The notes under the pieces: model-generated
Told to the model about the DNA's origin: nothing
Seen by the model: the letters and a program-made list of their open reading frames with translations, nothing else
The model's database searches: none
Source of the DNA: Macrostomum lignano
Taxonomy: Eukaryota
Length of the DNA stretch: 64,000 nt
Direction of reading: 5' to 3'
Assembly (NCBI GenBank): GCA_002269645.1
Contig: NIVC01001370.1
Location: 215,297 to 279,296 of the forward strand
In this document: positions 61,505-64,000 of the stretch, one piece after another
Layout: each line of letters begins with the position of its first letter
How positions within the stretch are numbered: the first letter of the stretch is position 1
Made by a program: the position numbers and the translations under genes

Positions 61505-64000
61505 TGGATGCTGCGTTGTCGAACACGGCTAACATTGAAGCGTTGTCCGACTTTCAACACCGTCCCCTCTTGAACTAGTTGGCCATAGCGAGGGCCTCTG
61601 ACCAGTATCAGTTCGAGTCGCTCCGGCCCAGCATCACTGTCCGTCGCAATCAACTGATGCCCATCTAATGAAGTATGACTGTTTCGTGTTACGGAGGCAA
61701 CCGCACCAAAGGCGCTGCTGTTGCTACAGATTCGAAGTCTCGGCTTCATATCATCGACCGCTCGAACAAAAAACGACAGCTTGTGCGGCAGTGCGCGATT
61801 CCGATTGAAGTCGAGCGGCTGTAGCAACATTTCAACAGGCCTGCCCGAAGAACCAACGTCTTCTAACGGTGGTACATACCTCACATAGCCATTGTTAATG
61901 TCTTCCTGGCTGAACCAAGTCAGTGTTGCGATCTCCTGAATCTTTGTCGAGGACGAAGACAATCGTCGAGCATCAATCAGACGTCCGGCATCTAGGCTAA
62001 GGTTGGCTCCGATAGTAGTGAAATGCGGCTGGAGCAGCACCTCGTATCCGATTTGACTTGGCGACAAGCCGACTGTCTCATAGTTGAGAATGCTTCTATT
62101 GATTCGAAGACCCTCTCGTTGCGTTTCTGGCAGGGAAAGAATCACACGATGACGAATAGACTTATTTTCCAAGGTGGCCTTGGGCTGAATAACGATTTGT
62201 ATCACTAATTCAGTTAAATCGGATTGACCGATCTGGCGGATTTTCAATGAATCCATTTTAGTTATTGAATCTCCATGATTAACGTAGCAAATTGTTCTGG
62301 TGAACAAATCTGCAAGTGTGAACTGCTCGACAGAACCAACTCTTCCCGATGGTGTTGACTTGGTTGTTAGCTCAGACATGATAAGACCACCTGCGACTGG
62401 CTGTTGTGTAACTCTGTACTGCAGCTGCACCCCATCTGCCAATAGATATTTTAGGACACTCTCATTAATTGCTTCCTCTCCAATGCAAAGCGTTCCAGAT
62501 GGCGTCAACCGGTATCTTATTCGAGATTTTAGTGAAGACGCAGCGTCCCAGTTTCGAACAACACGGATTGGAAACTGAAAGGAGACACGGATGCCTCGAA
62601 AGACGGCGCGCAATCCGATGCTATCGTGTCTTGGCAAGTTGCCGTTGTGTATATAGGCGATGCGAAACTTCCAGAAGCGAGCCAGCCTTCTAGAGTTAAA
62701 AGAACGCAGTGGCGCGCCGTTTATTGTAAGACGACCGCTGTAGGGATCGCGTTTAACACGAAAACGTACAGTTTCGGACCAGCTGGCGCTTTGCAGATTG
62801 TGCGGTCGGAGCAAAGCAGTTCCGCCTGTACAGACTCGCATGGGGCTCGTGAACAGCTGCAGGCGCCTGTGCTGCACTCTGCTGACCAGCTGCAGTGTTA
62901 CTTCAGGACCCACTCGCAACAGGGTGTCAATAGGTCTGAGTCGAAGATGAAATTGAATCCTGTCAGCTGAAGTGACGCCAAGTACTTGAAGAGCGATATG
63001 GCCAGAGCGGAGGTCTGCCAGCTCGAAGCCATCCAGAGGGATGGATCCGGCTCTCTGATATCAACGAGGGTAACGTTAAGACCTGTAGATGCAACGACTG
63101 TGAACTCCAGTAGCTGCACAACTAGATTAGTGACGTTAGCTAAAACTAAATTTTTCGGCAGAGTGGCTGGCAGACCGCCTGAGTACGAAATATCAAAATA
63201 CCGGTGTGGGAGCGCAAAGTCGGTAAAGGCAGCGAAGCCGCATCCCTGGTTGGTGTCAAACGGATGCTCAGATAGATGTTTTCATACAGCGTCTCCGATG
63301 CGCTGGCACCGAACCGCAGCACTTTCACAGATACCGGCAGATAGTCGAACTCAAGTCCTACTTTGGTGCCGATCCTTTCATATTTGTACGCCGACAGTAG
63401 GAACAGGTGACAGTCAAGCCGGAACTCCTGCATCACTTGTTCGCGATCATTCAGCAGCCGACCAGCCAGTGGCCAATGCCTGAAGGTGCGCCATTCCGTC
63501 GATGCTCAATTGTACACCTCTCAGTCTGGGGATCGTAGGCAAATCTGATCGCATTAGAACTGATCGGCTGTGTGCGGCCTCTGGAGCCGTGAACGGCGAG
63601 GGGCTCAGGCCCAGCCAGCACGAGTCTACGACCTTCAGATGCACTTTTAGAGAGATTTACTCGAACCTCCAGCCTCAGTGGCAATACTATTGTGTTGTTC
63701 TTTCCAAAGAAATACTGCACTTGTAGGCGCACAGAGTCACGGACGCTGAACGGTGATCCTTCGTGCTCGTAATAGACATCACCGTCTCCGAAGAAGCAGT
63801 CGAATACCTGAAAGTTATGCCGCATTTTGAATTTGAGACACAGGATTGCTTTAAATCAGGGGTCGGCGAGCTCCTGCCGCGGGCCACATGCGTCCCGCGA
63901 AGCCTCTCTATCCGGCCTATGGGACCTTTAAATTTCACAATGCGCTCGTAGCAATCCGGCCTGCTCAATGTTTATATCTCTTCCAGCGCTCTTCTTTCTA
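61505..64000 (-). CDS. FREM1: FREM1-like large 5' exon: NV-like domain + CSPG repeats (several frameshifts; continues beyond the window)
   Basis: QVFDCFF..VYYEH, LDCHLFL..YKYE, FTLADL, FSQEDINNGYVRY, ATDSDAG; donor CA|GTAAGT. Confidence 0.8.

Noticed and set aside
60746-61573. ORFs inside the 920-bp FREM1-like intron
   Set aside because: The flanking exons already join in phase (IQ|YRHNG), and no motif was recognised

Overview
Eukaryotic (metazoan) genomic DNA with GT-AG introns, GC-rich exons and about 23 micro/minisatellite arrays. The style suggests a free-living flatworm such as Macrostomum, but that is inference and was not verified. Spliced gene models built by hand from splice signals and phase matching: (1) minus-strand 6-exon ~1117-aa 2OG-Fe(II) oxygenase-like protein (2015-9801) lacking the catalytic residues, with every intron filled by a different tandem repeat; (2) DCAF17 (minus, 11115-~14070); (3) divergent Bax-like Bcl-2 family gene (minus, ~29.4-33.2 kb); (4) neprilysin/M13-like gene without HExxH (plus, 47.9-50.0 kb); (5) secreted PAN-like + C-type lectin gene (plus, 52587-53345); (6) FREM1-like gene (minus, 54335 to beyond the window end) with at least 8 frameshifts. 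Mobile DNA: a ~5.5-kb block almost devoid of CpG containing a decayed Mutator (MULE) transposase, two foldback Mutator-like MITEs with 9-bp TSDs inserted in minisatellites, and a tRNA-derived CORE-like SINE. No CRISPR array, rRNA or true tRNA was found. All family assignments come from recognised motifs, not database searches. Most very long ORFs in the track are repeat artefacts.
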